Sequence record: OR769032.1
Source: Escherichia phage JoYop
Direction: 5' to 3' (one strand)
Length of the DNA stretch: 64,000 nucleotides
Positions 8,419-18,013 of the stretch are shown one piece after another. The notes beneath the pieces were generated by a model. That model saw only the letters and a list, made by a program, of their open reading frames with translations. It searched no databases and was not told where the DNA came from. Within the stretch, counting starts at the first letter, position 1. Every line of letters begins with the position of its first letter. A program made the translations under genes and the position numbers.

Positions 8419-8501
8419 AATAACCTCATTACAAAAGTAAATGTTAAACAAATTACCGGAATACTAATTAACCAAACAAAACACCACCATAACGAACTCA
8501 T
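8415..8501 (-). CDS. tiny hydrophobic peptide (28 aa)
   Basis: Manual translation MSSLWWCFVWLISIPVICLTFTFVMRLL; stop overlaps next start. Confidence 0.25.
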   Translation of the reverse strand: MSSLWWCFVWLISIPVICLTFTFVMRLL

Positions 8502-8529
8502 AGTTCAATCTCAACGATTTTCATTTTAC

Positions 8530-8736
8530 TCAATAATCCGCTAAAAGATCAACGATTGCATCACGAAGACATTTATTCGCAATACGTTTAAGAGCAATTT
8601 CAGTTTCAGGCGCATTTCGAATAATCATTGAATTCAATTCAGCTTCGGCAAACTGAAGTTCTTTGACTAATTCAGCTTTATATTTTCCTTGACCTTTCTT
8701 AGCTTTTGCTCGTTTTAATTCAGCTGTAGTAAACAT
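8530..8736 (-). CDS. hypothetical protein (68 aa)
   Basis: Track ORF 8530..8835 trimmed to the ATG after the conserved leader (MFTTAELKRAKAKKGQGKYKAELVKELQ...). Confidence 0.5.
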   Translation of the reverse strand: MFTTAELKRAKAKKGQGKYKAELVKELQFAEAELNSMIIRNAPETEIALKRIANKCLRDAIVDLLADY

Positions 8737-8800
8737 TTTATTCTCCAAATCCGTATCAGTTGATAGTTGTATAGTACCACAGTCCTTGTGGTATGTAAAC
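8737..8800 (-). promoter_or_regulatory. early promoter plus leader cassette (type A)
   Basis: Coding strand GTTTACATACCACAAGGACTGTGGTACTATACAACTATCAACTGATACGGATTTGGAGAATAAA-ATG. Confidence 0.6.
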
Positions 8801-8816
8801 CATTTTGTGAAAATTT

Positions 8817-9374
8817 TTAAATGGAAAGATACCATCCGTTGTAGTTACTTTTTCTTACAACCTTACGAAGGTCTTCTCTATCACCGATGAACTTCGGAGT
8901 GTACTGGATGACACCTGGATGAATTTCTTTAGTGTTGAATATAATTATACAGTCTGCGACCTGATGATTTAGAATGGGCCCTAGATTTATTCCAGAACCG
9001 TACGGATACTCTCCGCTGCATCCTGTTGTTACCGAAATCCAACGAGAGTCAGTTTGATGTGTTTTGACTTCTACTCGAAGACCGCAGTATTTTGGATGTG
9101 CCAAAACATCCCATGCATATGTATACGGGTCATCGACATCTTCTTGACCTTTGTTAACATACCCGCTTAGCCAATCTGCTACAAAAAATTCTGCGTACAC
9201 AGCGATACGGCATCTTTCGATAACTTCTGCCTTATCCTGATTTGGATTTTGCTTTAAAGAATATCTTGCAGTATCAGCAATTTTGACCTTCATTTCACTA
9301 GTCAAGTCACCGTTCGATAGGGTAAATGTCGGAATCTGAAATAGTCTCTGTAGCCCCGGATTCGTTTTCTGCAT
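8817..9374 (-). CDS. denB: endonuclease IV DenB
   Basis: 185 aa, same size and position (next to rIIB region) as T4 denB. Confidence 0.8.
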   Translation of the reverse strand: MQKTNPGLQRLFQIPTFTLSNGDLTSEMKVKIADTARYSLKQNPNQDKAEVIERCRIAVYAEFFVADWLSGYVNKGQEDVDDPYTYAWDVLAHPKYCGLRVEVKTHQTDSRWISVTTGCSGEYPYGSGINLGPILNHQVADCIIIFNTKEIHPGVIQYTPKFIGDREDLRKVVRKSNYNGWYLSI

Positions 9375-9636
9375 TTAGACTTTCCTTTTTACCGCTGAGA
9401 TAAGCGTTATACACTTTAAGAGTACCGTAGTAAATTCGATCGTTTTCATCTAAAGACTCGCGGTCAAGTTCATCGAGTTCCTTTTTATCCATGACTATAA
9501 CATCATTACAGTAAAGAAACCCAAGTTTTTCGTGACCAAACTCAAATTTATTACAGTACACAATATTAGCGTGATGATTTCCGTGTAGTTTAATCTCTTT
9601 TATGTCGGAATCACCGATATTCATACAATAAATCAT
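9307..9636 (-). CDS. hypothetical protein (109 aa)
   Basis: Track ORF; overlaps denB start by 68 nt in another frame; SD AAGGTAAA before first ATG. Confidence 0.45.
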   Translation of the reverse strand: MIYCMNIGDSDIKEIKLHGNHHANIVYCNKFEFGHEKLGFLYCNDVIVMDKKELDELDRESLDENDRIYYGTLKVYNAYLSGKKESLNAENESGATETISDSDIYPIER

Positions 9637-9653
9637 AATTTACCTTAAAACAA

Positions 9654-9669
9654 AAGGGCCGAAGCCCTT
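9654..9669 (-). terminator. terminator hairpin (AAGGGC-UUCG-GCCCUU)
   Basis: Perfect stem with tetraloop; part of a 30-bp block also found at 9880-9910. Confidence 0.5.
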
Positions 9670-9862
9670 ATTTAAATTGTTCAATTCTTTTCTCTAGACA
9701 TTCAGCATAAGATTTCATTGAGATAAACTGTGAAAGCAGTAATTCTTGTTCAACTTCATTAACTGTTAGAAACTTCGTGCTTTCTAAAAATTTGCCCAGT
9801 GCATTAATTTTGAGCATTAATTGTTCGTATTCTTCTTTTACTCGTGCTTGATAACCTAGCAT
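9668..9862 (-). CDS. hypothetical protein (64 aa), predicted helical/coiled
   Basis: Track ORF; ends with the same EQFK-stop-terminator sequence as rIIB. Confidence 0.5.
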   Translation of the reverse strand: MLGYQARVKEEYEQLMLKINALGKFLESTKFLTVNEVEQELLLSQFISMKSYAECLEKRIEQFK

Positions 9863-9879
9863 AATTTTCCTTAGTATGA

Positions 9880-9897
9880 TAAGGGCCGAAGCCCTTA
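9880..9897 (-). terminator. terminator hairpin after rIIB (UAAGGGC-UUCG-GCCCUUA)
   Basis: Perfect hairpin overlapping the rIIB stop codon. Confidence 0.55.
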
Positions 9898-10833
9898 TTT
9901 AAATTGTTCAGTAACGTCTTCAACTACTTCGTATTGGCAGGTACGCATTTTAGCATCGTTGTAATCAATCGGAATTGATACTACATCACGAGGATGTACT
10001 TTAACTTTTACAACTCGGCTGGTTGAACTGCCAAAGTGACGAATATAAGATTTAGAACACACATGCAGACCACGAGAACAAGTTTGTGTATCATCGTCAT
10101 TCACACGAGTACGTGGCATTTTAACTACTTTACCCGGACTGTTATCAAAGGTATTTGAGTGACAGTCAAAGTAATTACTGCGAACTACTTTCCAAGCATA
10201 GAAGTAACCATCTTCTGTAATTTCAATATCGTTTGCTACCAAGAAATCAAAGAGTCGAGATACCGCTTTCTGGCTCGGGTTTTCCAACAGATTTTCCAAG
10301 AACGGAAAATAGAATTCAAAGTTTTCGCCTTTTTCCATCGAGTCAAGAATACGATCAACCAGACCAGACCGTAATTCGATATTTTGATAGAACAAGCTTC
10401 CACCTTCAATTCGAACATCGCCGGAAATATATTTTTCAACAGCGCGACGAACATTAATTTTTTGTGCTGCTTCTTCCAACTTATCCGCTACGAGCAGATT
10501 AAGAATTTCCTGGAAGTTTGAATGAGTGTTAGGAGTTGCGTTATAAGTTACACCATCAACGGTAATTGAAATGAATTTTTTAGATGCATTCCAAATAATG
10601 TCAGATTTAGCAACTGGAGCAATAGCTGCATCGCTCTTAACTGTAACTGTAATGTCACCGCTAATGGTAACTTTGGAGCGCTCAGCTTCTTCAGCATTTT
10701 TCAAAACACGACGGATTGTGTCCACCGATACACCTTGCCAATCAGCCAATTCCTGTTGGGTGTAATTACCACTTGAATACAGTTTAACGATTTCAGCTTG
10801 TTCGTTTTTGGTCAGGCATTTAATATTGTACAT
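9895..10833 (-). CDS. rIIB: rIIB protein
   Basis: 312 aa, MYNIKCLTKNEQAEIVKLYSSG...; same size as T4 rIIB; adjacent to rIIA. Confidence 0.9.
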   Translation of the reverse strand: MYNIKCLTKNEQAEIVKLYSSGNYTQQELADWQGVSVDTIRRVLKNAEEAERSKVTISGDITVTVKSDAAIAPVAKSDIIWNASKKFISITVDGVTYNATPNTHSNFQEILNLLVADKLEEAAQKINVRRAVEKYISGDVRIEGGSLFYQNIELRSGLVDRILDSMEKGENFEFYFPFLENLLENPSQKAVSRLFDFLVANDIEITEDGYFYAWKVVRSNYFDCHSNTFDNSPGKVVKMPRTRVNDDDTQTCSRGLHVCSKSYIRHFGSSTSRVVKVKVHPRDVVSIPIDYNDAKMRTCQYEVVEDVTEQFK

Positions 10834-10844
10834 AATTTTCCTTA

Positions 10845-13022
10845 TTAGGCCGCAAGGGCCTTCATAGTTTTAGCGATTTGGGAAACTTCATCATCACTTA
10901 AAGAGTTGCGATAACCGATGAAGTCGGAAACAATACGGAATTTCTTGGTAAACTCAGCAACCATTTTATCACTGTTTTTTGAAGCATTATATGATAATTT
11001 ATCAAAAAGATTAGTTACTGTCCAGATGTCATGACCGATGGTATCTTTTCCACCGTTGAAATATACACCCTGTAATGAACTAACCATATTAGCGAGTCGT
11101 GTATATTTTTCAGAAACTTCATCTGTACTAAAGTACTTCATCATAAAATCTAACTCAGGATACTTGATGATTTTATCAATATATCGTTTAGCTGAACTTG
11201 AATAACCTACGTACTCATCATAATCTACATCATCAAAAGCATCTACATATAAATCACGCACAGTTTCAAAAATACATTGGCACTGACCAAGTTCTTTTAC
11301 CTTTTTCTGTAAAAGAGGACGAATAACATAAAATTCATTAATGCCAATAAGATTAGCCATACGAATCAAAATATTCATAGATGGATTACAAAGAGATGTA
11401 GTACCATCCATAGAAAAAATATCAGAACGATGCATAAACGCTACATAACCAGTAATTTCATCTGCTTCTGATGTAAGCGTAAATAGTTCTTCTTTTTCCC
11501 AACGCCCATCTTTAATTTCAAACTTAAACGCTGTAGCAGCTTTAGGACGAGGAGCTTTACTTTTAACTGCCTTCGGAATATAACTTTTAACTAAAGCTTC
11601 AATTTCTGACAAATAATGAATGTTAACTTCATCACTTTCAAACATCGCCATAATATCAGGAAGTAAATCAATTTGTGATTCTACTTCCGGGTTAATAAAC
11701 AGAAGACGCTCATTATGATGAATATTTAAAGTGTTATTAAATTCACTATCATCTAACGCATGTGCTAATCCACGGACAATATTAACACGATTTTTAATAT
11801 CATCAATAACGATATTAATTTTTGTTGTATTAATACCAAACAGACGATAGCTTGATGCAACGGCTGAAGTTTCATGGCTTTGCTTAATGCGTTTCAGTCG
11901 AGGGTCAAGATTTACTTCATACACAACCCCTGCATTACATAACTTACTATCAGGTTCAAACATGCTCTGCATCTTCTTATATGACAGATTTTTAGTCGTG
12001 AATTTGACTGAATTACTAATCATATAATCTCGAGCAGAATACCCCATCTTCATTAATTCGCGATATGTGTGACGAGGAGATGTAGATTCTTTAAATCGTT
12101 TTACATCTTCATTGAATGCCTTCTCACTAAGCTCTTTAACTCGTTCAATAATATTTTTACGAGTACGATCATCCAGTGAAAGAGCCTCGCGAGATGGAGC
12201 AATATCAAGTGAACCCATTGGAAACTTAATGTAATTCACTTCATTGCGAATGCTTAACCAATTACGCTCTCTAATAACACCATCAATAGGATAAACAATA
12301 CCGCCATATATGGCATACAATCCGCCGCGATCTGGCCAGTATCTTTCTGGATTTACGCCATAATAATCATCAAAATCTGGAAAATAATCAATTTCGCGGT
12401 CAAGACCATTAATGATAGCCAAATCTTTGAACGGTCGCATGATATAAGAAACTTCATAAGCAAAGTTTCTAAAGTCTTTTTCTTCAACTGGAACTACGAT
12501 TTCAATACCAGTTTTATCATCTGGACCCATTTCTTTTACGAATGTAGGTTTAATCTGTGGACCATCGCCATCCATATAAGCTACATAACCACGAATTTCG
12601 CCTTTATGATACGAAGTAATACTAAACGTATCAGTATAACTAAACGGAGATTTAGAACCTAAACCAAATCCACCAATGAAATCGTTGGATTCGGCTTTAG
12701 ATGAACTGAAGTATGAATTATACAAACCAGGAGAATTATCATCACCCTGAATATCAAAATCACTCATACCTGGACCAAAATCTCGGCAAACAAATCGTGG
12801 ATCTAATCGTCCAGGAACTTGAATGATAAATTTTTCAGGATTTCCATTGAGTGCATGAGCATCAATCATGTTAGTAATTAATTCACGAACTACTGCGCGA
12901 ATCTTGTTTGTATATAAATCAGACGACAGAATTTTAAATACTTTAGGAGATGCTGTGATGCTAAATGCTTTTGATTTAGAACCATTGCCCAGAATTGTTT
13001 CTTTTTCAGTGGTGATAATCAT
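10845..13022 (-). CDS. rIIA: rIIA protein
   Basis: 725 aa, same size as T4 rIIA; ATPase-like segments. Confidence 0.9.
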   Translation of the reverse strand: MIITTEKETILGNGSKSKAFSITASPKVFKILSSDLYTNKIRAVVRELITNMIDAHALNGNPEKFIIQVPGRLDPRFVCRDFGPGMSDFDIQGDDNSPGLYNSYFSSSKAESNDFIGGFGLGSKSPFSYTDTFSITSYHKGEIRGYVAYMDGDGPQIKPTFVKEMGPDDKTGIEIVVPVEEKDFRNFAYEVSYIMRPFKDLAIINGLDREIDYFPDFDDYYGVNPERYWPDRGGLYAIYGGIVYPIDGVIRERNWLSIRNEVNYIKFPMGSLDIAPSREALSLDDRTRKNIIERVKELSEKAFNEDVKRFKESTSPRHTYRELMKMGYSARDYMISNSVKFTTKNLSYKKMQSMFEPDSKLCNAGVVYEVNLDPRLKRIKQSHETSAVASSYRLFGINTTKINIVIDDIKNRVNIVRGLAHALDDSEFNNTLNIHHNERLLFINPEVESQIDLLPDIMAMFESDEVNIHYLSEIEALVKSYIPKAVKSKAPRPKAATAFKFEIKDGRWEKEELFTLTSEADEITGYVAFMHRSDIFSMDGTTSLCNPSMNILIRMANLIGINEFYVIRPLLQKKVKELGQCQCIFETVRDLYVDAFDDVDYDEYVGYSSSAKRYIDKIIKYPELDFMMKYFSTDEVSEKYTRLANMVSSLQGVYFNGGKDTIGHDIWTVTNLFDKLSYNASKNSDKMVAEFTKKFRIVSDFIGYRNSLSDDEVSQIAKTMKALAA

Positions 13023-13032
13023 AATTTCCTCA

Positions 13033-13236
13033 TTAATTCATATTACGCTTAATAACTTCAGCAACTTCTAGCAATTCATCTTTAGTTGCAGTGTCGGATT
13101 GAATTTTATCTCTAATATCCTTAAAGCGGTTTTTAAACTCTTCGGCTTCTCCCATATCGAAAAAGCGCTGAATGATTCTATATTCTCGATGAACTGCTTT
13201 ATCAAAAAGTTCTAAATTTACTCTATATGATTTCAT
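13033..13236 (-). CDS. hypothetical protein (67 aa), rIIA.1-like by position
   Basis: Track ORF between gene 39 and rIIA with its own promoter. Confidence 0.55.
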   Translation of the reverse strand: MKSYRVNLELFDKAVHREYRIIQRFFDMGEAEEFKNRFKDIRDKIQSDTATKDELLEVAEVIKRNMN

Positions 13237-13261
13237 TTCAATATCCTCATTTGCCCAATTA

Positions 13262-13291
13262 ATTATACCACATCCTTGTGGTAAAGTAAAC
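13262..13291 (-). promoter_or_regulatory. early promoter (GTTTAC -35, TGTGGTATAAT extended -10)
   Basis: Coding strand GTTTACTTTACCACAAGGATGTGGTATAAT upstream of ORF 13033..13236; the -35 overlaps the gene 39 stop. Confidence 0.55.
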
Positions 13292-15108
13292 TACTGGCTC
13301 ATCCATTCTTTGCGAAGGTCAGCATTATCTCCCATGAGCATTTCAAAAAGCTCTTTCCAATTCTCAGGAAGTTTAACAACATCATATACTGGATTTTGAA
13401 TCATCTCACGATATTCAGATTTTTCCAAAGAGCCAAGTCCTTTAATATAACGGATGCTATGTTTAGGTAGAGCATCTTTGGCACTCTCATATTCAGCGAC
13501 TGTATAAAACCATTCTTGTTTTTTACCGACCTGAGCGATGATTACAGGAGTTTTGACAAAGCGAATTCTTCCTTGTTCAAACAGTTCTGGCCAATTACTA
13601 AAAAATCCGAGCAGAGAAGGATAAATGCTTCCTAGACCATCATGGTCAGCATCAGTCATAATAGCAATATTACGATAATTCAAGTTTTCAGCTTTTTCAC
13701 CAAGAACTAGACCAGTGATTGCGCAAATATCAAATAGTTCTTTGTTTTTAAGCATATCGGCATATGACATACCCCAGCTATTAAGAACTTTACCACGCAA
13801 CGGATAACCACCATGAAGTTCTTTATCGCGAACATCAATAAGATATCCGATAGCAGAATCGCCTTCGGTTAAGAACAACGTAGTGTCAGCATCTTTACCA
13901 CAAAGATTCGCTTTAATATGTTTATGAACCTTAGCTTTAGAAGCCTTTTTAGCTGCTTTAGTTTCTGCTGCTTTTTCTGCCGCCAATTTACGAGCTAATG
14001 CTGCTTCAATAATTGGCATTAAAATTGCTTCATTATTTAGAATAGCGCGTGAAATCTTTTTAGCATCAAGTTGAATATGACTACGGATTTCACCAAATGG
14101 AGAAGTCAAACGCTCTTTAGTTTGAGAATCAAATCGCATGTTTTTCATATCACGAACAAACATAACGATAGTCAAACATTCTTTAACACGTGCTTTAGTT
14201 ACATCAATTTTGAACTTACGTTTGATTTGTGGAATAAGGTCTTCGCAAATATCATCCATAACACAATCAATGTGATGGCCACCATTCTTAGTGTGAATGT
14301 TATTCACGTAAGTTAATTGACGAAAACCATCCGGTGAACGACCAACCGCAATAGAACAATTTTCTTGCTCTTGAACGATAGCGTGTTCATCATATTGGCG
14401 TGCATATTTCTTAAAATTACCCTGAACCTTTTTACCATTAAAGGTAAATTGAATATCAGGATAAACTACAGCAAGAGTCTGGAGACGATCTAGTGTAATG
14501 TCAAGATAAACTTGGGATAACTCATTAGTTTCAAATGACATAAAATCAGGAATGAAAGTAACACGAGTTCCTTTCCATTTTCCAGGAATATCTTCCCATG
14601 ATTTATTTTCCATGCCATTTGAACAACGAACTACAATATTATTTTGACCATCACCAGTTTCACCGACAAACATCACAGAAAAAATGTTTGTTAAACTAGA
14701 ACCAACACCGTTCATACCACCGGTGACGCGTTCTTTATCATCACCGAAGTTACCACCTGCTTTTGGAATAGTCCATGCAGCAACAGGACCAGGAATTTCT
14801 TCACCGGTAGGTGTTTTAACCATCGCTTGTGGAATACCGCGACCGTTATCTTCAACTGTTACTTGATTGTTTTTAATAGTAACATTAATTTTATTCGCGA
14901 ATTTAAACTTAGTACGAATACCTTCATCTACTGAGTTATCGATAATTTCATCAATAAGCTTAACAAGACCAGGTACATACTGAACACTTTCCCATTTACC
15001 AAACAGAAAGCGCTCATGCATTTCATTAGCTGAAGAGCCAATGTACATGCCGCTACGCTTTTTGATATGTTCAATATCGCTCAGAATTTTAATTTCATTC
15101 TTAATCAT
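13291..15108 (-). CDS. 39: DNA topoisomerase II large subunit, continuous gene 39 (T4 gp39 plus gp60 equivalent)
   Basis: 605 aa from second Met (MIKNEIKILSDIEHIKKRSGMYIGSS...); GyrB-type ATPase motifs; C-terminus ...PENWKELFEMLMGDNADLRKEWMSQ in one frame. Confidence 0.9.
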   Translation of the reverse strand: MIKNEIKILSDIEHIKKRSGMYIGSSANEMHERFLFGKWESVQYVPGLVKLIDEIIDNSVDEGIRTKFKFANKINVTIKNNQVTVEDNGRGIPQAMVKTPTGEEIPGPVAAWTIPKAGGNFGDDKERVTGGMNGVGSSLTNIFSVMFVGETGDGQNNIVVRCSNGMENKSWEDIPGKWKGTRVTFIPDFMSFETNELSQVYLDITLDRLQTLAVVYPDIQFTFNGKKVQGNFKKYARQYDEHAIVQEQENCSIAVGRSPDGFRQLTYVNNIHTKNGGHHIDCVMDDICEDLIPQIKRKFKIDVTKARVKECLTIVMFVRDMKNMRFDSQTKERLTSPFGEIRSHIQLDAKKISRAILNNEAILMPIIEAALARKLAAEKAAETKAAKKASKAKVHKHIKANLCGKDADTTLFLTEGDSAIGYLIDVRDKELHGGYPLRGKVLNSWGMSYADMLKNKELFDICAITGLVLGEKAENLNYRNIAIMTDADHDGLGSIYPSLLGFFSNWPELFEQGRIRFVKTPVIIAQVGKKQEWFYTVAEYESAKDALPKHSIRYIKGLGSLEKSEYREMIQNPVYDVVKLPENWKELFEMLMGDNADLRKEWMSQ

Positions 15109-15160
15109 CACTTATCCTCGTTTGGTTTCGGGAATATTATACTCCGGTAATCATAAAGCT

Positions 15161-15178
15161 AAAGGCCCGAAGGCCTTT
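15161..15178 (-). terminator. terminator hairpin (AAAGGCC-UUCG-GGCCUUU)
   Basis: Perfect 7-bp stem with tetraloop overlapping the stop of ORF 15178..15447. Confidence 0.5.
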
Positions 15179-15447
15179 TATTTAAAACGAATAGTCGAAT
15201 CCTTGAAGAATAGACCAGAACACACGGTTCCTTCTACTTTCTGCCCGGTAGGTCCAATAGCACGAAATCCAGTATGTTGGAAATCATTTTCAGAGCAACC
15301 GAACCAGTTATATCCAGTGATTTCAATATTAGTAAAACCACTTGAAGACAAAACTTTAGTTGCATTATCAGCATCAGTACATCCTACTAAAGATACTGCT
15401 AATACTAATGCTGCGATAGAACGATTAACATATTTCATAATTTTCAC
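15178..15447 (-). CDS. small putative lipoprotein (89 aa)
   Basis: Signal peptide with lipobox-like LVGC (…AALVLAVSLVGCTDAD…). Confidence 0.5.
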   Translation of the reverse strand: MKIMKYVNRSIAALVLAVSLVGCTDADNATKVLSSSGFTNIEITGYNWFGCSENDFQHTGFRAIGPTGQKVEGTVCSGLFFKDSTIRFK

Positions 15448-15815
15448 TTAAATTTAATGGCTTGAAGAAGACTAATAATTCTCAAGCGACTTCTTTCATC
15501 TTTAACTGTAAAAGAAAGAGGGTCACCAGATTTCATAGTAATAGTACATTCAAAATCAAAATCTTCGGGAACTTCTTCGAATAGGTCAAATTCTTCATCA
15601 TAAATTAGAACATTACTCTGAAAACTGTGAAGAATTTTTCCATCATTTCCAGATGCTGTACTAATCATTGTAACATTATTACCTTTCATATCTTCAACGA
15701 TAAATTCGCTTGTAGATATTACAGCATTAATAGAACCATTCCTATAAATAGCAGAAAATAGATATTTCTTTTCTTCGCCTTCGCGAATACGATACTTCTT
15801 ACCGATTTTAAACAT
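15444..15815 (-). CDS. hypothetical protein (123 aa)
   Basis: Track ORF; ATGA overlap with downstream ORF. Confidence 0.55.
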   Translation of the reverse strand: MFKIGKKYRIREGEEKKYLFSAIYRNGSINAVISTSEFIVEDMKGNNVTMISTASGNDGKILHSFQSNVLIYDEEFDLFEEVPEDFDFECTITMKSGDPLSFTVKDERSRLRIISLLQAIKFK

Positions 15816-15817
15816 AA

Positions 15818-15994
15818 TTACCCTTTAAGTAAGTCGTAAAAACCGCCATTCACATGCTTAGGAGCAGAAGCCCGACGAGTAGACAAACGATGACATTTAG
15901 GGCAAACATCATTTTCTCGTTCAGAAATCTTTTTAATTTTTTCATATTCATGCCCGCAATCTTCGGATTGGCATTTATAATCATACATTGGCAT
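15818..15994 (-). CDS. small zinc-ribbon protein (58 aa)
   Basis: Manual translation MPMYDYKCQSEDCGHEYEKIKKISERENDVCPKCHRLSTRRASAPKHVNGGFYDLLKG; two CxxC pairs. Confidence 0.45.
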   Translation of the reverse strand: MPMYDYKCQSEDCGHEYEKIKKISERENDVCPKCHRLSTRRASAPKHVNGGFYDLLKG

Positions 15995-15996
15995 AA

Positions 15997-16401
15997 TTAT
16001 TCCTTAAAATGTGCTTTCAACATCTGATACAAAGACCATGCGTGTTCATTATTTTCAATAGTAACTTTCATTACCGGGAATTCTGTGAAATCTTCTATCT
16101 GTTCCTGCTCTTCAGAAGCTTGGTATGGATTTTCCACTTCATCAAAGAACTCAGCTTCGTTAGTAGAGAGCCAGATAAAGTTTTCGTCAAGGATATCAGC
16201 GCCGGCACAACGTTTGAGTACACCTGTGAATGTCACAATTTTAGTAGGACGACTGAGATGGTCAACATCTAAAATTTTAAAAGGCTCCATACCTAAACGT
16301 CGTGCATAGATTCCGTTATCAGTATGGTCTTTAATAAAAGCTTCTTGAGCTTGTTTATTTTTAAATTGATACCATTTATTAACTTCAAATCTAATAGCCA
16401 T
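15997..16401 (-). CDS. hypothetical acidic protein (134 aa), goF-like by position
   Basis: Track ORF upstream of cef-like ORF. Confidence 0.5.
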   Translation of the reverse strand: MAIRFEVNKWYQFKNKQAQEAFIKDHTDNGIYARRLGMEPFKILDVDHLSRPTKIVTFTGVLKRCAGADILDENFIWLSTNEAEFFDEVENPYQASEEQEQIEDFTEFPVMKVTIENNEHAWSLYQMLKAHFKE

Positions 16402-16616
16402 TAATAAATTTCCTTCCAGTAAGTTGTACCGTCTTCAGTGATTTCACGGAATACACCATAAATCGGTTGTTTATCACCAACCTTTTCATACACATAAACC
16501 GAAGTCAAGTGAGTAAACTTAACTGTGTGTTCCTTTTGAACTACTACCAAATCTGGATCGAATAATACATCTTCAAATTCGTCATTAGTACAATTCTGAA
16601 CAATTTTACGTTTCAT
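16401..16616 (-). CDS. cef: Cef-like protein (71 aa)
   Basis: Same size as T4 cef and same relative position; assignment by position/size only. Confidence 0.45.
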   Translation of the reverse strand: MKRKIVQNCTNDEFEDVLFDPDLVVVQKEHTVKFTHLTSVYVYEKVGDKQPIYGVFREITEDGTTYWKEIY

Positions 16617-16629
16617 TACAATTTCCTCA

Positions 16630-16899
16630 TTAATTAAACAGTGGAGCGATGCGTTTCAGAAGAGTAGCAGCACCTTTGGCGAATTTTACATCATGAAAAA
16701 CAGTTTCTTCTTCCGTTACAACACGAGCTTTAATGTTTTCACAATCCCAATTTTTACGAACAATCTTCAAAAGCTGCAGTAAATCTTTACATTCAGCAAT
16801 ATCGATAACACATCCACGAGAATCTTCCATTATCGCACGATAACCATAAGCCATACCATAATCGTTGAAAGATTGTTCGATGATGATTAAGTTTTCCAT
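16630..16899 (-). CDS. hypothetical protein (89 aa)
   Basis: Track ORF 16630..16911 trimmed to the ATG after leader GGAGAATAAA (MENLIIIEQSFNDYG...). Confidence 0.5.
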   Translation of the reverse strand: MENLIIIEQSFNDYGMAYGYRAIMEDSRGCVIDIAECKDLLQLLKIVRKNWDCENIKARVVTEEETVFHDVKFAKGAATLLKRIAPLFN

Positions 16900-16975
16900 T
16901 TTATTCTCCAAGTTGTTTTCTGTATCAGTAGTTGATATTGATATAGTACCATAATCAACTACTGATGTATATAGT
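16900..16975 (-). promoter_or_regulatory. divergent copy of the promoter/leader cassette
   Basis: Coding strand ...GGTACTATATCAATATCAACTACTGATACAGAAAACAACTTGGAGAATAAA-ATG; -35 not canonical. Confidence 0.4.
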
Positions 16976-16997
16976 TTTATGAAAAAAATTTTAAACT

Positions 16998-17495
16998 TTA
17001 TGCACAGCGAGCTTTGCTATAGTGTTTAATCCAACTTTCAGGAATGACTTTGTATGTTCCTAAAAATACCGCGTTGTACAGCTTAACACCGTCTTCTACC
17101 CACTGATCGGTAATGTATGCGCACATAGCACGAGTACGGTGTTTTTGAACAACCCCTTCCTCATCTTCAGTAAATTCGAATTCATAAGGAGCAACGAACT
17201 TAATAGCTTGACCGAGTTTCCACTTAAAGTCTACACCTACATGTGAAGTATCAATCGTTTCAATTCCTTTAGCAGGAACAGCTTTCAAAAACGCAGATTC
17301 AAGAAATTTCGCACGAACATAGCCAAACTGAGGTTTAGACTTTCCATCTTTAGGAATGATACGCACTTTTACTTCAGAATCTTCATCTTTAACGCCATGT
17401 TTAAGCTGAATGCTTACAATTTCGACCAATTTTCCTGCTGCTTTAGAGCGGGATTTATCAGATACACGAGCTAATTCACCAATATTAATAATCAT
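16998..17495 (-). CDS. hypothetical protein (165 aa), MotB-like by position and size
   Basis: Track ORF; shares a C-terminal motif with ORF 17569..18003. Confidence 0.5.
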   Translation of the reverse strand: MIINIGELARVSDKSRSKAAGKLVEIVSIQLKHGVKDEDSEVKVRIIPKDGKSKPQFGYVRAKFLESAFLKAVPAKGIETIDTSHVGVDFKWKLGQAIKFVAPYEFEFTEDEEGVVQKHRTRAMCAYITDQWVEDGVKLYNAVFLGTYKVIPESWIKHYSKARCA

Positions 17496-17539
17496 AGTTA
17501 TTTCTCACTTGTTAAAAAGATTTTATACTCCGCGGGACC

Positions 17540-17569
17540 ATTATACTCTGGTCCCAAGAGTTTGTAAAC
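17540..17569 (-). promoter_or_regulatory. early promoter (GTTTACA-17 bp-TATAAT)
   Basis: Coding strand GTTTACAAACTCTTGGGACCAGAGTATAATGGTCCC; inverted repeat GGGACC/GGTCCC flanks the -10. Confidence 0.55.
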
Positions 17570-18003
17570 TAGCTTACACGAACATTAATCACTGCGCTGC
17601 GAGGAACTACGGAGTACTCTCCAGCATGAACTACATTAAGAAGTTCAACGCCATCTTCAATCCACTGGTCAGTTACCCAACCGCCAATCGGATTCGCGAA
17701 TGGACGACGAATATAAACTGCCTTACACAACAGATCAGTCGGGTCTTCAGGTTTTTCAATTTCTGTCAATAGATTAAAATCTTCTTCATAGATGATGAAT
17801 GATGATACCCTTCCATAATAGTTTCTAATTTCCATGTACACTGTACCAATGAGAATTCCGCTATTAACACTAATAACAGTAAAAGGATATCCGCCAGTTG
17901 TACCAAGAAGTTCCCAAAACTTGCTATCAGTCGTATTCGACATTGTCTGGAAATCAATTTCAGACGGTTTTTTCATTTGATACGTAGTATTAATTTTAAT
18001 CAT
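17569..18003 (-). CDS. hypothetical protein (144 aa), paralogue of 16998..17495 in its C-terminal part
   Basis: C-terminal WVTDQWIEDGVELLNVVHAGEYSVVP aligns with ITDQWVEDGVKLYNAVFLGTYKVIP. Confidence 0.5.
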   Translation of the reverse strand: MIKINTTYQMKKPSEIDFQTMSNTTDSKFWELLGTTGGYPFTVISVNSGILIGTVYMEIRNYYGRVSSFIIYEEDFNLLTEIEKPEDPTDLLCKAVYIRRPFANPIGGWVTDQWIEDGVELLNVVHAGEYSVVPRSAVINVRVS

Positions 18004-18013
18004 AATTTTCTCT

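Noticed and set aside
9307-9374. 68-nt overlap between ORF 9307..9636 and denB considered as a frameshift or pseudogene
   Set aside because: Both frames are long and uninterrupted; the overlap most likely reflects start-codon choice by the ORF caller rather than gene decay.
13291-15108. Looked for a gene 60-type translational bypass or split in the topoisomerase gene
   Set aside because: The reading frame is continuous through the region corresponding to the T4 split; no in-frame stop, gap or inserted ORF.
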